A DNA stretch of 63,286 nt, the filler included, from Reticulomyxa filosa (Eukaryota; Protista; Foraminifera): NCBI GenBank assembly GCA_000512085.1. It is 10 parts of 10 records of this genome, joined end to end, with 100 filler letters (N's around TTAATTAATTAA, not from the genome) between each part and the next. Parts side by side here need not be neighbours in the genome. Positions count along the whole stretch, not along the records: positions 16,308 to 36,453 come from ASPP01005011.1; positions 36,554 to 39,617 come from ASPP01048519.1; positions 39,718 to 42,740 come from ASPP01008929.1; 7 more parts are not named here. The stretch is one strand, 5' to 3'. How positions within the stretch are numbered: position 1 is the stretch's first letter; each line of letters starts with the position of its first letter. A program made the position numbers and the translations under genes. Shown piece after piece: positions 26,767-39,967 of the stretch. The notes beneath the pieces were generated by a model. It was not told the DNA's origin. It ran no database searches and saw only the letters and a program-made list of their open reading frames with translations.

Positions 26767-28241
26767 ATGAGTAAAAAGAAAGCGGAGCGCAAAGTGTGCG
26801 GCTGCCAAGCGACCGCACATTCGCTGTTGACGAACTGTCTAAACTGTGGCAACATTGTGTGTGTAGTGGAAGCGAATAATCCATGCAGTTACTGTGGGAA
26901 AGAATTGAATGTGAAGCGACAATCAAAAGCCCTTTCCTCGACATCAGATGGCGATCTGAATAAAGCGATGGAATTGAAGGATCGATTGTTGCGCTACGGA
27001 GTGGAGAAGAAGACGACAAGGATAGTGGACGATAGTGGCGATTTTTATGAGAACGACGCGGACAACATTTGGCTATCGCAGCTGGAGCGACAACGAGCAC
27101 GCGAGAAGCAAAAAGAGAACGAAGAGAAGATGAACCAATCGCGAGCAGATGTGTCAGTCGAAATTGCGCTGGACATAGGAAGAGGGACAATTGAGACGAT
27201 CGAAGATAAAACGCCTAAGTACATCACCGTGGCTAAGCCTGAGACCACGGAAGAGAGGACCAAAGAAGTGCAATCCTATTATCAGTCGAATATGACCGGA
27301 CGCGCCAGTGAGGTGTATGCGAGTCTTCAAAAGCTAATGCGAAGCGAAAGTGCCGCAATTGCGAACACTCAAAAACAAAAGCAACAACGAAATCACGACG
27401 TCGCCGCCGATGATGACGAGGATGCAAACAATCCCGATAACGGACTTGATCATGGCAAACACGAACATGGATCCGAATTTCACCGACTTCAAGATGCCCC
27501 CTATTTTGAGCAGGCCGACGAACAAGAAGAAGATGATAATGCTACAACAAGTGATAACAAAACTCGGCCCATGAAAAAAGTTGCTGATGAAGATGGAAAT
27601 GAAGAAAAAAAGAAAAATGAGGAGGATAATGCGCCAGCTCAAAATATTGGATTGGCCATGAGTGATATTGTCCCCACTAAAAAGAGGAGGAAACGGGGCG
27701 CCACTTCCTCCACGCGGTCCAAATATTATGGCAATGAGAAGGACGAAGGGGTTTGCTTGTCCATGCATCAACCCTGGGCCAGCTTGCTCGTGTGCGGGAT
27801 CAAACGCATTGAGGGGCGCAGTTGGAACACTCAGTATCGCGGACGGTTGTGGATTCGCCTCGGCAAGACGACAACCCATCCTTTTGAAATTGAAGAAATC
27901 GAAAAACGTACATGGAAGTTTATAATAAATCCAAGTCGGCCATACCCTTTCCCAAAGACTATCCTTGCAGTGCTGTGCTGGGTTGCGTTGACTTGGTCGA
28001 ATGCTTGTCGAATGAAGAATATACGGAACAGTATGTCAACACTAGCTTATCCAAAGAACTCAACACCTCTGCTTTTTGCTTCATTGTTGAACGGCCTATG
28101 AAGTTGCTACTCCCCAGTGCTATCACCGGGGATCACAAACTCTTCAAAATCCCTTCTCAAAGAATTCAAGCTTTAGCTCAAGGACTTCGCCCTGTCTCCG
28201 CTGAATGGCAAAATGCTTCGGCTCCAAAGCCGAACAAATAA
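26767..28241 (+). CDS. TRIP4: Activating signal cointegrator 1 (C2HC5 zinc finger + ASCH domain)
   Basis: CGCQATAHSLLTNCLNCGNIVC..CSYCG; TRIVDDSGDFY; CLSMHQPWASLLVCGIKRIEGRSW..RGRLWI; FPKDYPCSAVLGCV; small indels near 27855-27910. Confidence 0.9.
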
Positions 28242-29014
28242 TTGTTTTCGCTACAGTAAGCGAATCTCGTTAGAGAAGGCAAATGGAAGAGAAAGGATAA
28301 GATGGAGAATGGCTTGTGCTGTTCACGCACTTCAATTCATTAATTTCACTTAAAGAAATATCCAAATCGCGTGCTTTTTTTTATCTTGCTTTTGGCTTTG
28401 CAGCAATTAATATCGTGCTAGAAAAATAGTGAAACGTATTTTGTTTTAATATTTTTAGAGTGCCGCCCACATAAAACGCCTTTTTCGAAATGAAATTGCA
28501 TTTCCTAACACTTTCTTTTAAGAAAAACATATAAATGGAATAGAAAATTTAAACATTTACAAATTTCACTTTTTTTTCAACCAAAAACTTGAAAATATAA
28601 TAGTTCTGAAAAAAAATTGTAAGTGATTTAAAAGATTTCCCAATTATCCAGAGGATTTTTATCTGACGAAAATCTTTTTTTGTCGTATACATCAATAAAA
28701 AAACTTTATGTTTCATACAACATTTATTTGAAAAGGACGCTTTTTAATGAATGAAGAAAAACAGTGCCCAATTCATTTTAAGCCTCATGTTAAGGCCGAC
28801 ATTGTTCACATCGTCACAAAAAAATTGACAAAACACAATCTTATGTCTTTTTAGTTTCACACAATTGACACTTTAAAAGGAATGAAGAGGCTACAAACAA
28901 AACATTAAAAAACCGTGATTATATATTATGTTGTTGTTATCCCTCCTATGATTATTTATTTAAAAAATGCCTGTATACCATTTATATTGTATTTTGAGTA
29001 TACATGAGCAGTTT

Positions 29015-29951
29015 TCAAAACATTCCTACTCGATTTAAAATCAAAATTTGATCGCGTTGTTGTGGTTCCAAGAGTGGAATAGCTTTGTACAATTGGATGA
29101 CACATCTCAAAACAAACAGTTCAATAAAAATCATTAACACGAACAAAATGACAGAGACGACATTTTGCCCATACCAATAGATGAAAAACGCTCGTGCGGC
29201 AATTTCCAATACCAAACAAATTATGTAAGCTCCCAAATAAGTGCGTCTCAACATTTTGGCGCCATAATAACCCGCCAACGCTAACGCTGCAACCAAAAAG
29301 AATATAATTGACAAAGTCAATCCAAACAAAATCAAAAATATGAAATCCATTATCGCAAATATACGAACAAATCGACACAATTTCACAAGTTGTAGCACAT
29401 TCAGGTCATGATGTAAATGGGCATGATGCATCGGTATTGGATCGGCCATCCCTTCACCATTACCAGCATCATACATGTACGGGTTCACACCAACATTATT
29501 CCTATTTAAAAAAATTTTTTCTAACTTTCCGATGTCATTTTTGCTTTTTAAAGAAAAAATCAATTTTACGTATACTTTTTTTTAATGTTTATCTCCCTTT
29601 TTTTCATTAAAAAAAAAATCAAAACTGAGACATATTTACGACGACATCAGGATTGGGATTATAATTGGGAGGCGGTATGCTATTTATCGGTCGAACAACC
29701 ATGTGTAACGTGGATTGATCCACTATACCGTAATTAGTCAATGAGTTAGTGTCAATTTTAAGCTCTTGAGCTCTATAAATTAATCGCTGTCGCTCTGGGA
29801 TTACATTTCGTTCTCGTTCTATTGCTTGTTTTAAATCTCCCACGGTTGCTGTTGGCGCAATTTGAACCGTAAATGTCGTTCCGTCTAATTGCTTAATTGT
29901 CACTGTTATTGAAACAACATCTGCTGCTATTATTTCACCGTTTGTATCCAT
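29015..29951 (-). CDS. N-terminal ubiquitin-like domain + about four transmembrane helices; two exons (intron 29502-29625)
   Basis: ITVTIKQLDG..TVGDLKQAI..QRLIYRAQEL..LTNYGIVDQSTLHMV UBL fold with no C-terminal GG; hydrophobic helices in exon 2; in-frame splice. Confidence 0.8.
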
Positions 29952-30875
29952 TTCTGCGACTTTCTGAAGTGTTATTTATTTATTTGTTCGCTTCAGTACT
30001 CTTGAAAATATAGTCGTTGTTAGATACCTTCGAAATCAGCCAAAAACTTTCACTTTATCTTTCAAATCAATTTTAAAAAATTAAAAAAACGACAGAACCT
30101 TGTCTTTTTTTTGCTTCTATGTTTTTTCAGTTCAAGTTTAGTTTTCTCTTGATCATAATTAATACACTCGTACTCTACAATTAGGTTACTCCGTTTTAAC
30201 ACACTCTTCTACCAAAAATTAAACTCAAGCGCTAAAAATGCAATAAAGCAACATCCAGTTTTAAATTTTTTTGATAACAGCTTCGTTCAATATTTCCAAT
30301 TTTCATATACAACATACCTTATATTTTAAAAAATTGCTGTTGTCTATAATAACAATGCGTAATTAGCTTTTATTTTATTTTGCAATTTGAAACTTTTTTT
30401 AAACTAGTTTTGAATCTTACAAAAATTCCCTTTTTAGAATTTTTAAAATAAAAATACAAAAAAACAGCTTGTTTTTTTTAGGTTCAATTATATTAAAAAA
30501 TGTTTATTTTTGGTATTGATAATTTTTTTATTATTCGACCACAGGAGCAAGATTAATTTTTTTGTGCTGAGTGTTAACGAAACGTCATATTTTTATTTTT
30601 TTCGCCATGAAGATATTTGACTTCATTCACATTAAATTAAAGTTCGAACCAAAAAACCAAACCCATCGAACAAACAAAAAAACAAATAATAAAAACAGAA
30701 AGCAGAGGAATAAAATAAAAAAGCAAAACAAACAATGTACTATTTTTCACATTGGCTGTCCAATTTCAACAACTTTTCAACAACATAAAAAAAAACCAAA
30801 CCAAAATACACCCATCCACCACGTTATGCTTTTAAATTTTATTTGTTTTAATTGTCCACCCCTAAAGGTCGCTTT

Positions 30876-33562
30876 TCACACATTGTTTCCAAAGTAATTT
30901 TTTGACTGTTGTAAACGCGTTCTGGAAACATCTTGTTGAAGTTTGTTTTGATTGGAAGCAGCAGCCATGGCATAAGTATTGGACAAAGAACTGCGATATG
31001 AGTTCAAGTTCAAGTTGCTGGCACTATTACTGTTTCCAAATTCCAAATTTTTCCAATCGTAGCTTTTTGGTTTGAGATCATCCGTTGTGTAAAATTGAGG
31101 AATATTTTCCTTTCCTTTGCGCGATGTCATCAGTTCAAATGAATTTCTTACCCCTCGATTGCCATTCAAATCGAGATTTTTGTGGAGCAATCCAAGTTTA
31201 TCATCGCTATTCAAATTCATATTTCCACTTTGTACCGTCTTTTCCAAAGCCAGTCCATAAAATGCGTTGCTCACGCCTAACAACTCGCGTTGATAACTTT
31301 CGTGTGTCAACTTTTTTTCCTCTTGGAGCTGTTCCGCCAACAAACAAGACATTTTGTATCACTAAGTATTGCATTTACTATACATATACAAACTTTTCAA
31401 ATGAAACTAAACTTCTTGGACTTGCTGACGAAGACTTTCAATGTAGCCTTTATGCAATTCGCAATCGTTGGTCTTTTGCGCGTGCAACTGCTCCAAAGCG
31501 GAATGATACTCTTTCAACTTTTTCTTTTGATCAGTGGAAAATTGCGTGATTGCATCAATTTGTTTTTGCAATTCGTCACACTTTTTGCAGTCTAATCCTC
31601 GATACGACGGCAGTTTCAGTTTTTCTTTCAACTCGGTTAGTTCCTTCAGCGCGTCTTGGTATTATTTTGCGTTTGCGTACACAGACGTTTTTGAACGTGC
31701 AGTTCGTCCAACACTTCCTGCAAAGTGTCGCCACTGCGTTGACTGTTTCCAACACCGCGAATCTTGTAATCCATCAATTGTTGTTTGTATTGTTCCGCTT
31801 GTTCCTAACAACGTTATATGTGTTATTTGTTGATTCAAAAAAAAAAATATTTGTATGTATTATGTACATAAAATTATTTACAACTAACTTTTAATTGCGG
31901 AATTTGTTTTAATTGACATTTCAATTCAAAGTTTTCGTTAAAAAGTTGATCATTTCGGAATTTCTGGTTTTCGAGTTCTTTCGTTTGCGCACTGGTGGCC
32001 AAGTCGTCTTGGGGGTACTTTTTAAACTGCATGTCGTACGATTTCAACCGATTTAATTGGAGCTTGGTCATTTCCAATTCCTCTCGGTACTGTCGGATTT
32101 GCGTATCATGCAGCGATCCCAGTTGCGCCAACTCTTTCGTCAACTTATCGTTTTCGCTTCGCAAGCTGCGAATTGTCGTTTCATAGTTTTTCATTTCCTT
32201 ACAAAACGAGGTGCTTTGTTCTTCCAACAGCGCTATTTTCCCCACGTAGTCTTTCTGTTTTAAAAAAAAAAAAAACAGCATTAAAAAAAAAATTTATTGT
32301 TAATAATAAAACCGATGAAAAACACACATAAAAAAAAAAAAAACGTATACTTTTTTTTCAAAAAAAATAAAAAAAAAAATTAAACAAAACTTCTTTTCTT
32401 TGAAATTCTTGGGTCATGTTGTTTCGCACACGATCTTCTAAAAACTTGTACTCATCTTTAATTCGAGTGTTTTCCGTGGCCAATTGTTTGCACTCGGTTT
32501 GATAACGCGACAGGTCGTTTTGCAAATTAAGATTCTCTTGTTCCAACTGTCGAATCAAGTCTTTGTTAGAATCCAAAAGGTATTGGCTACTCGTGCTGTA
32601 CATGTCATTGGTCAGCTTGCCAACGCCACGACTTTGTGGAGGAGACATGAGCAACTGATTGCCACTGCTGCCGTTGCCATTGGTATCAAATGCACGAAAC
32701 TCAAACGTCGCGTCGTTGCCTTGGTTGCTATTGCCGTTGCTGTTTAACATCGATCGCGTATATCGTGGCATAACTGGACTTTGCATTGCTATTCTCCGCG
32801 TTTTGTCATACTTCCGAGCTGAAAATTGCAGGAACGAATGTTGCGAGTCGTTCAACTTGTTTGAATTGTTATTGTTCATATTTGTGTTGCCATTTGCATT
32901 GTTATTATTGTTTCCATTTTTTATGGCAATCGGAGTTGATAATGAGTCATTCCCAATATCGGCGTTTGGATCCACAAACCCATTTTGCCGTGTCAACTCG
33001 TCCAACAGCTGCACTAAAAACATTTGGTCCGATGCGTCCAATTTCAACATTTTTTCCACGGCTTCTTCCCTGTTATCGGACTTTATCGCTGCCAATAACA
33101 CTACTTCCATTAGTGATACAAAATCTATTCCGGAGTTATTTGTTGGTGTGTTTGGGTATTTTATTTTGTTAGTTGCTCTTTATTATTGGATATTGACATT
33201 GATACTTTTTTTTTTTAAAAAAAAAAATTTTTACATACCTTTTAGGTTGTCGGCCAAATGCCAGCGCTGCCGGCTCAATCGTGTCTTTGAAAAACAGATC
33301 GTCGTTTAAAACGTCAGTATAAAAACGTTCCAATGCTCCCTTTAGCTGCTTCATGTTACTTATTTTTGCAAAACCACTGTGCGGTGTCAACGCAATGCTT
33401 CCAAGGTCAAAATGCTTCGGTGACAAAATCGCTAAAAATTTGAAAAAATAGCACACCGTCTGACAGTTCTTCCAGACTTTTGATTTGTGTTGATGTCAAC
33501 CCGAATAGGTTCATCCATCTCACCATTACTTCACAAATTCGTTCATCGCTAAATTTAGACAT
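30876..33562 (-). CDS. HOOK/CCDC88-family protein: N-terminal Hook (CH-like) domain + long coiled coil; multi-exon
   Basis: MVRWMNLF..SLEELSDGVLFFKFLAILSPKHF..KISNMKQLKGALERFY..LMEVVLLAAIKSDNREEAVEKMLKLDASDQMFL; heptad-rich downstream exons; A-run frameshift near 33445. Confidence 0.8.
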
Positions 33563-34953
33563 CTTGGCAGCTAGAAATTGGACCTGATGTTTTCAACTTT
33601 TTGGTTCTTTTTGAAGAAAAGACCTTCCGAGGGTTGAGTCAAAAAAACTTCATCAGCAGCTGATTTGTAATTATTATTTTCTTAATGCAATCAAATAATC
33701 TTTTCCAAAAAAATGCATTTAAAAGTAGATTGCTGCCATTCTCTTATGACAATATTAGTATCTGAAGACAAATAAAAAAATTGAAAAAATATTTTTGGTG
33801 TGAAAAAAAATGTTTGAAATGTATTCGAAATTGTGAAAATTGGAAACATTTGAAAGACTTGAACAACGAAGTGAAATTTGTAATAGTGTTAAAGTCAACA
33901 TTTCGAGCAGTAACAAGAGCTGGAAGGGGCAAAGACTGAATATTTGTGGACAGCAGACGCTTTTAAATATTTTTTTCAGCGAGTTTGGAGCACATTTTAC
34001 AATATAATTTCATATATTGATGACAAAAAAAGTTTGAATATTGAAAAGAGCAAGTCACACAATAAAAAACTAAACTAACAGAAAAAGGACGTATTTTAAA
34101 TGGCAAATTCGACAATTTTTGATTTTTTTTTGAAATGGTCAAAGATATTATTTTCTGACAAACAATAAATTGGGAACGATTTATCTTCATCATGTATGTA
34201 GGGCAAGTCCCTATTATAAGTATCCAAACGTCAAGGGAACGGAGGAATCCCCAGTATGCTAAACTTTCTCAACAAACTTACTTCTTACTTTCCTTGCTTT
34301 TCTTTTGTTATCTTGTTTTATTATTTAAATTTATTTCGTTTTACGAAAATCCTATTCTTTTCTTAGTAAATACGTTTCGTATTACAGTTAGTGTACCAAT
34401 ACTATCAGCAGACGTCCCACATGTAAATCATTTAACAGCATCATTTAACATATACTTTGCATTACATTCATTTCAAGTATTTTACAAATATCTTTGTCGA
34501 ACATGATAAAATAAAGTGTTTTATTTGAAAAAAAAAAATAAAGTATACAAAAAGATAGGACATTTGATCATACTGGTGGTATGGTATATTTCAAACGTGA
34601 TTGTTAGCTACAACACCACAGTTGGAGCTCCGCCAGTACAACACAATATGTATATTTACTGCATGAATAACTAAATATATTTTGACGAAATATTATATAT
34701 ATTTGTTATTAATACTATATCTACAATTTGTATTGAATAAACGAAAATCAAATGTAGTGTTATTGTCATTATTAATTACATTTGAGTAGATACTTTTGTT
34801 GGTTATACATTCATGTTTCTACTTTGCAATATCATTTTCAAATTATGTCAATAAAATCAATTGATCAAAACTCGTGTTCATAACTTTCGTATGTTCATTT
34901 TTTTTTCTATATTGAAAATATTTATTATACAATAAAACAAATCATTTTATATA

Positions 34954-35081
34954 CAGTAGGTTGCAAAGAAAACTGAACGCCTAAAACGATATTCTATGAT
35001 GATAATTGATTTTCTCAATGAAAAATCAATTATCATCATAGGATATCGTTTTAGACTTTCAGTTTTCTTTGCAACATACTG
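34954..35081. mobile_element. Palindromic MITE/foldback element with TA target-site duplication (Tc1/mariner-like ends)
   Basis: TA|CAGTAGGTTGCAAAGAAAACTG...CAGTTTTCTTTGCAACATACTG|TA; ~60-bp arms with ~4 mismatches; the same terminus recurs at 63268-63286. Confidence 0.8.
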
Positions 35082-38074
35082 TAATTACGTAAATATTTTC
35101 AAATGAAATTAAACTATTGTAATTGATGAAATATACTTTCAATATATTATTTATTTACTTTACAACAATTGTTCATTCGATTGTGAATATGTACCAACGC
35201 GAAAACATAGATTTTCGTATAAAATCGAGTGCTTAGTTTAATTTGTTTTACAGTCCAATACTAATTATGATAAAGCAGTTTCAGTTTTTCTTGCAATTAG
35301 TCTCTAAATTTTTTTGCGTATATCAATGGGACATTAGTATTGCCACTTCATTTACTGTTTCCAATACAAATTTTCAATTGTATTGCTATAATTTTTCATA
35401 ATAACATTATACATATTATTTATTGAATAAAAAAATATTTTTACAAAATATTATTTAAACGAACTTTTAATTGAAATATCAATTGAAGCAAATACTTCAA
35501 TAAAAAGTCTTCGTTAAAAATATTTATCCGTTTTGGAATTTGATTCTTTCGATTTTATTCGTTTGCACAATAATATCAAAGTCGTATTGTGATTTTAACA
35601 TATTCAATATTATCTTGTTTATTTTCAATTCATATCAATAATGTTCGATTTTTGAATCAACACAACAGTATATAAGCTTTGATAACTTTTTCGTTAATTC
35701 TTCATTTTAGCTTTTTAATATACAAATTGTTGTTTTATAATTTTTCAATATAACTTGCATCGATATTTTTTTCGCAACGTACTCTTTCTATTAACAAAAA
35801 AACAAACTGATTGTCGTTCAAAAAGTTTGTATAAAATGTTTCTTTAGTTTCTTCATGTGATCCAAAACTATCAAATTATTTGAAAGTGTCTGTTTTCCAA
35901 AAATATTCGGTCTTCGTGCTCTTTTATTCCAAAGGCTGCATTTTCCTTTGAATCTGTTTCAATCATTGTTACGTCTTGAGACTAGGTACTTGCAAATTTT
36001 GTACTTTGTTTTCAGTCCACAAAGTTTCCATGGCAGAAAATGATACAGTATCTAAAGAGATGTTGAATTGTTGACTTTGGATTCAAATGTTAGCCTTTAC
36101 GTTCACTAAGGTACAAAAAAAAGGGGAAACGCTGCTGACTTTAACACAAAAGTATTTATAAAAATTTTTTTGTTGAACCAAAGACAAAAATTTCTTTGAT
36201 TAAATCTTGTTTTTGTTTTATCTTATTTCTGAGATGTTGGTATTTTGATATGTGCGTAGTGTATGCTTGGAAATGAAATTTTTTTTTTACATTAGTCTGA
36301 TGTCTGTAAAGTAAACACTAAAAAAAGCAAAGAGTGACATAGCAATACATATAACTACGTTACAGTTGACTTTTTCCCTCTTCAGCCATTTTTTTTTCCA
36401 AAAGAGCAAATTAATTGAATATAAATTTTTAGTAATTTTTCAATAGTTGCTCANNNNNNNNNNNNNNNNNNNNNNNNNNNNNNNNNNNNNNNNNNNNTTA
36501 ATTAATTAANNNNNNNNNNNNNNNNNNNNNNNNNNNNNNNNNNNNNNNNNNNNATATTGCCATTTTTTAAAAGTGATTAAACTTAATGACAATATAAATT
36601 ATTCTATTTGGTGATTATTATCATTGAAATTACTTAGAGTGGAGATTTATCAAAAATACTCAATCAAATGCTTCTATTTCATGTCACAATTTGTACAATT
36701 GATAAACAAATATATATAAAAATTAAATTACAACAAATTATTTCAAAAAGCATCAACATTACGAATATTATCAAATGTATTTAAATCAAACATATTTAAT
36801 ATCTAACAAATTCTCACATGAGAATTTGCCATAAAATAACAAAACTAGATTTTTTGTGGAAATTGATATAATTTAAAGAAGTTAATGATATCGTCCTTTT
36901 GTATTTCCATTGTGATTTCTAAATATCTGTTTTCTACTAAGTGAATAGATTGGACTTTTTATATACAAGTGAAATTCCTATTTCTAATTTTACTTATAAA
37001 TTCATTGTTACTCCTTAGCACAATGAGCAATATAAAAAAAAAAAAAAGAATGTCTCCAGAGAACTTTGAGACTTTTTGTTTCAAATTAATCAATTTATTT
37101 GTTTAATTTACAAATATCAAGACTTGAAATGAATTTACTTATTGTTGGGACAAATTATGTAAAGCAATTCTTAATTCTTCTTGAAAATTTATCAACAAAT
37201 CATTCATTTAAAAAATTTCATCAAAGCGAATTTGATAAATGATATATTGAATTATTGAAAGATAAATCTATCAATTATCAACAGGTATTTGGAAATACCT
37301 AATTTCAAAAAAAATTATATCGCTATCTTTGCAAGGCAATAGCATCAATAATATTCATCCAAATCAAACAAACAAAAAAAAATAAGCAATGATAAGTCAG
37401 TATTGCATCAATTCTATCTTCTTTTTTTTTAACAGAAATGGCAAAAATAATTTAGAACATCATCTAAATTCATTTGCAATGCAATGCCAATGTTATTGTT
37501 CTTCTCATTTTTTTGCACTTTGTTCATAAGGCATGACAGGATGTGGAAAAAGTATGTTTAAATTTAGTTTTAACTGAATTGTTTGTGTTTGTCCTTATTT
37601 TTATTATTTTTTATTGGCAGATATATTTTTCAACACATATTAGATATTGCTGTACTTTTAATACTTATTCAGATATATTGTTATTACTAGTATAATTTGA
37701 TCTGTTCATTTCAAATTTGATATCAATGAACTGACTCAACAAAGCATAATCTAATACTAGATATAGTTTATTACAATTGCATTTGCGAGATTGCCAACAC
37801 ACCACTGTCAGTCATTGTCGTTATTCGCCTGTGCTATTGTCGACACTATATATTTTCATCTAATCTTGCTTTTACTCCTTTTTTTTTTGTAAATTTTTAA
37901 AATTGGCTTATTGGACAGTAAAGCAATCCTTGTTTTGATTTCTATTATTCCTAGCTTTAGATTTGTGCAATTTAAAAAAAAAAATTGAAATAATTTACAA
38001 ATTCGATCTTATATGAAAAAAAAAACAAGAGTTTTCAAACTGCTCAAAAAAGAGATTGAATAAAATAAAAGGAG

Positions 38075-39617
38075 TTAATTGAGTGCAACCATATTTTGGT
38101 TGGTAAGATAAATGGCACTCTGTTGAGACGAGTTCCATTTGTCGGTGCGATCGTAGTTCAGATAGCCATCGCATTCTTCTTCAATATCGGTTATCTGAGT
38201 ATAGACAACAGCTGCCAAACCATCCTTGTGGAATTGGGTAATGGCTTGACTCATCTGAATATAGCGATCTGCAAAAGCTTGAGCAGATGCCACTCTTTCA
38301 TAAGCATAGCAGCCATTTTCAACCCACTCTTTGTTTGACACAAAATAGCCCAAGCCTCCATATTCGCCCAACGCCGAGTATTGTGTTGCAGAGGGTTGAT
38401 TGTCTTGAGGATCGGGATACGTATGGATATCATTCACATTGCCAAAGCCAAAATTGTTTGCAAGTCCACCACTGTCTGCATCCACAGGGCGTGATTGATC
38501 CCACGACTCCACCATTGACACAATATAACTTACATTTGGGAACACTTGCCAACAATCATTTTCATTGAAGGTTTCCCATTGTACAATACTATTGTATATA
38601 TATACATATACATTTACATGTCATATAATATATCTTGCATAAAAAGAGGGAAGAGAAAGGAGTTTTGGAGTCTCTTTTTTTTTTTTGAGTGTGAACCTTG
38701 GATGGTTGATTTTTTTCAAAACCATGGCCTGCAAATCTCCAATGAAATACGGAATGGTGTCCGTAGTTGCACCTCCATACTTTTGCACGGCGTCTTGCCA
38801 CACGATAATGCCCAAGTGATCGGCATAATAGTACCATCGCTCTGGATTCACTTTTTGATGCAGACGGACCATGTTCAAGCCATAGCGTTTCACCGATTGC
38901 AAATCATACTTTAACGCATCGTCCGTTGGAGCTTAAAAAAAATATTATTATTATTATCCCATTTTGTATACGTAGAAAGCAAACACAATACCAAAAAAAA
39001 AAATCAATCGTTACCAGTGTAAAGACCATCTGGCCAAAAGCTCTGATCCAACCATCCTGCTAAAAATATTGGTTCATTATTAAGCAATGGTCTGTTCACT
39101 GCAGGACCTCCTCGGGCTCCACTTATCTATTTTTATTATAACATACATATATACATGTATACATATATGTATATACACATATTTATATATATATATATAT
39201 GTATATGAATGTGTGTAATAACTCTGCATTGGTTGACGATTGCATTTGGTCGACCACTTTTTAACCAACATTGAGGGGTGCTATACTGGTCGCATCCAGG
39301 AATGCCATATGCCCTATAAAGTGATTATGTTATACGTAAGGGAAAAGAGAGAGAGAGAGAGAGCCAAAGCAAGAGAAAACACACCAGGCCAAACAGCCTT
39401 GAGTTTTGTTGCACAGAGCCCAGCACAGGTTGTAATCCGACGCATTCAAAGTGATGGGATAGCCACTCATATCGCTGCCGGGACGGTCGTAATACATCTG
39501 CGCGCCCGTGTCCGGACGTACGTATTCGCCCAACGTATAACTGCGGACTCCAAAATACGTCTCAACTTTGTCTCCACTTTCCAACGATATCTACGAACAT
39601 ATACACACATATATATA
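38075..39617 (-). CDS. Glycoside hydrolase family 2 (3' part), multi-exon, with a PAN/Apple-like domain inserted before the TIM barrel
   Basis: DKVETYFGVR; LNNEPIFLAGWLDQSFWPDGLYTAPTDDALKYD; NMVRLHQKVNPERWYYYADHLGIIVWQD; WETFNE (acid/base); DIHTYP; LGEYGG (nucleophile); YTQITDIEEECDG. Confidence 0.88.
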
Positions 39618-39717
39618 NNNNNNNNNNNNNNNNNNNNNNNNNNNNNNNNNNNNNNNNNNNNTTAATTAATTAANNNNNNNNNNNNNNNNNNNNNNNNNNN
39701 NNNNNNNNNNNNNNNNN

Positions 39718-39867
39718 CTAGCCGTTGTGTTCGATCAGCAAGGCCTTGCAGTGGGCAAACAGCTGCTCGCTGCTGATCAGCGGCAGCGCAGGCTGCGCTG
39801 CCGGCTGGCTGCCGGCCGGCAGCAGTGCCGCGGCCAGCGAATCAAGCGTAAGACTGAGAGTACTCAT
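39718..39867 (-). CDS. hemP: Hemin uptake protein HemP/HmuP-like (truncated at contig end)
   Basis: LISSEQLFAHCKALLIEHNG resembles the HemP core; lies directly downstream of a TonB-dependent iron receptor; the TAG sits exactly at the contig edge. Confidence 0.65.
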   Translation of the reverse strand: MSTLSLTLDSLAAALLPAGSQPAAQPALPLISSEQLFAHCKALLIEHNG

Positions 39868-39895
39868 CGGTGTAACCAGGGTCGGGTCATCATGT

Positions 39896-39925
39896 AAAAC
39901 GCACCCCTGCCTAAAGCAGGGGTGC
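39896..39925 (-). terminator. Hairpin after the receptor gene
   Basis: GCACCCCTGC-TTTAG-GCAGGGGTGC stem followed by GTTTTA on the minus strand. Confidence 0.55.
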
Positions 39926-39967
39926 CGGTACAGGCCAGGCCACCGCACGCAGCAGCCCGGCAGCGAC

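Noticed and set aside
34190-37900. Faint coding-like remnants in AT-rich DNA (34190-34650, 35300-36100, 36600-37350)
   Set aside because: They are too degraded to assign a frame or family without a search
39100-39220. (AT)n/(AC)n/(AG)n tracts here and at 56630-56730, 57020-57070 and 42841-42875
   Set aside because: These are ordinary intronic microsatellites, with no CRISPR-like repeat-spacer structure
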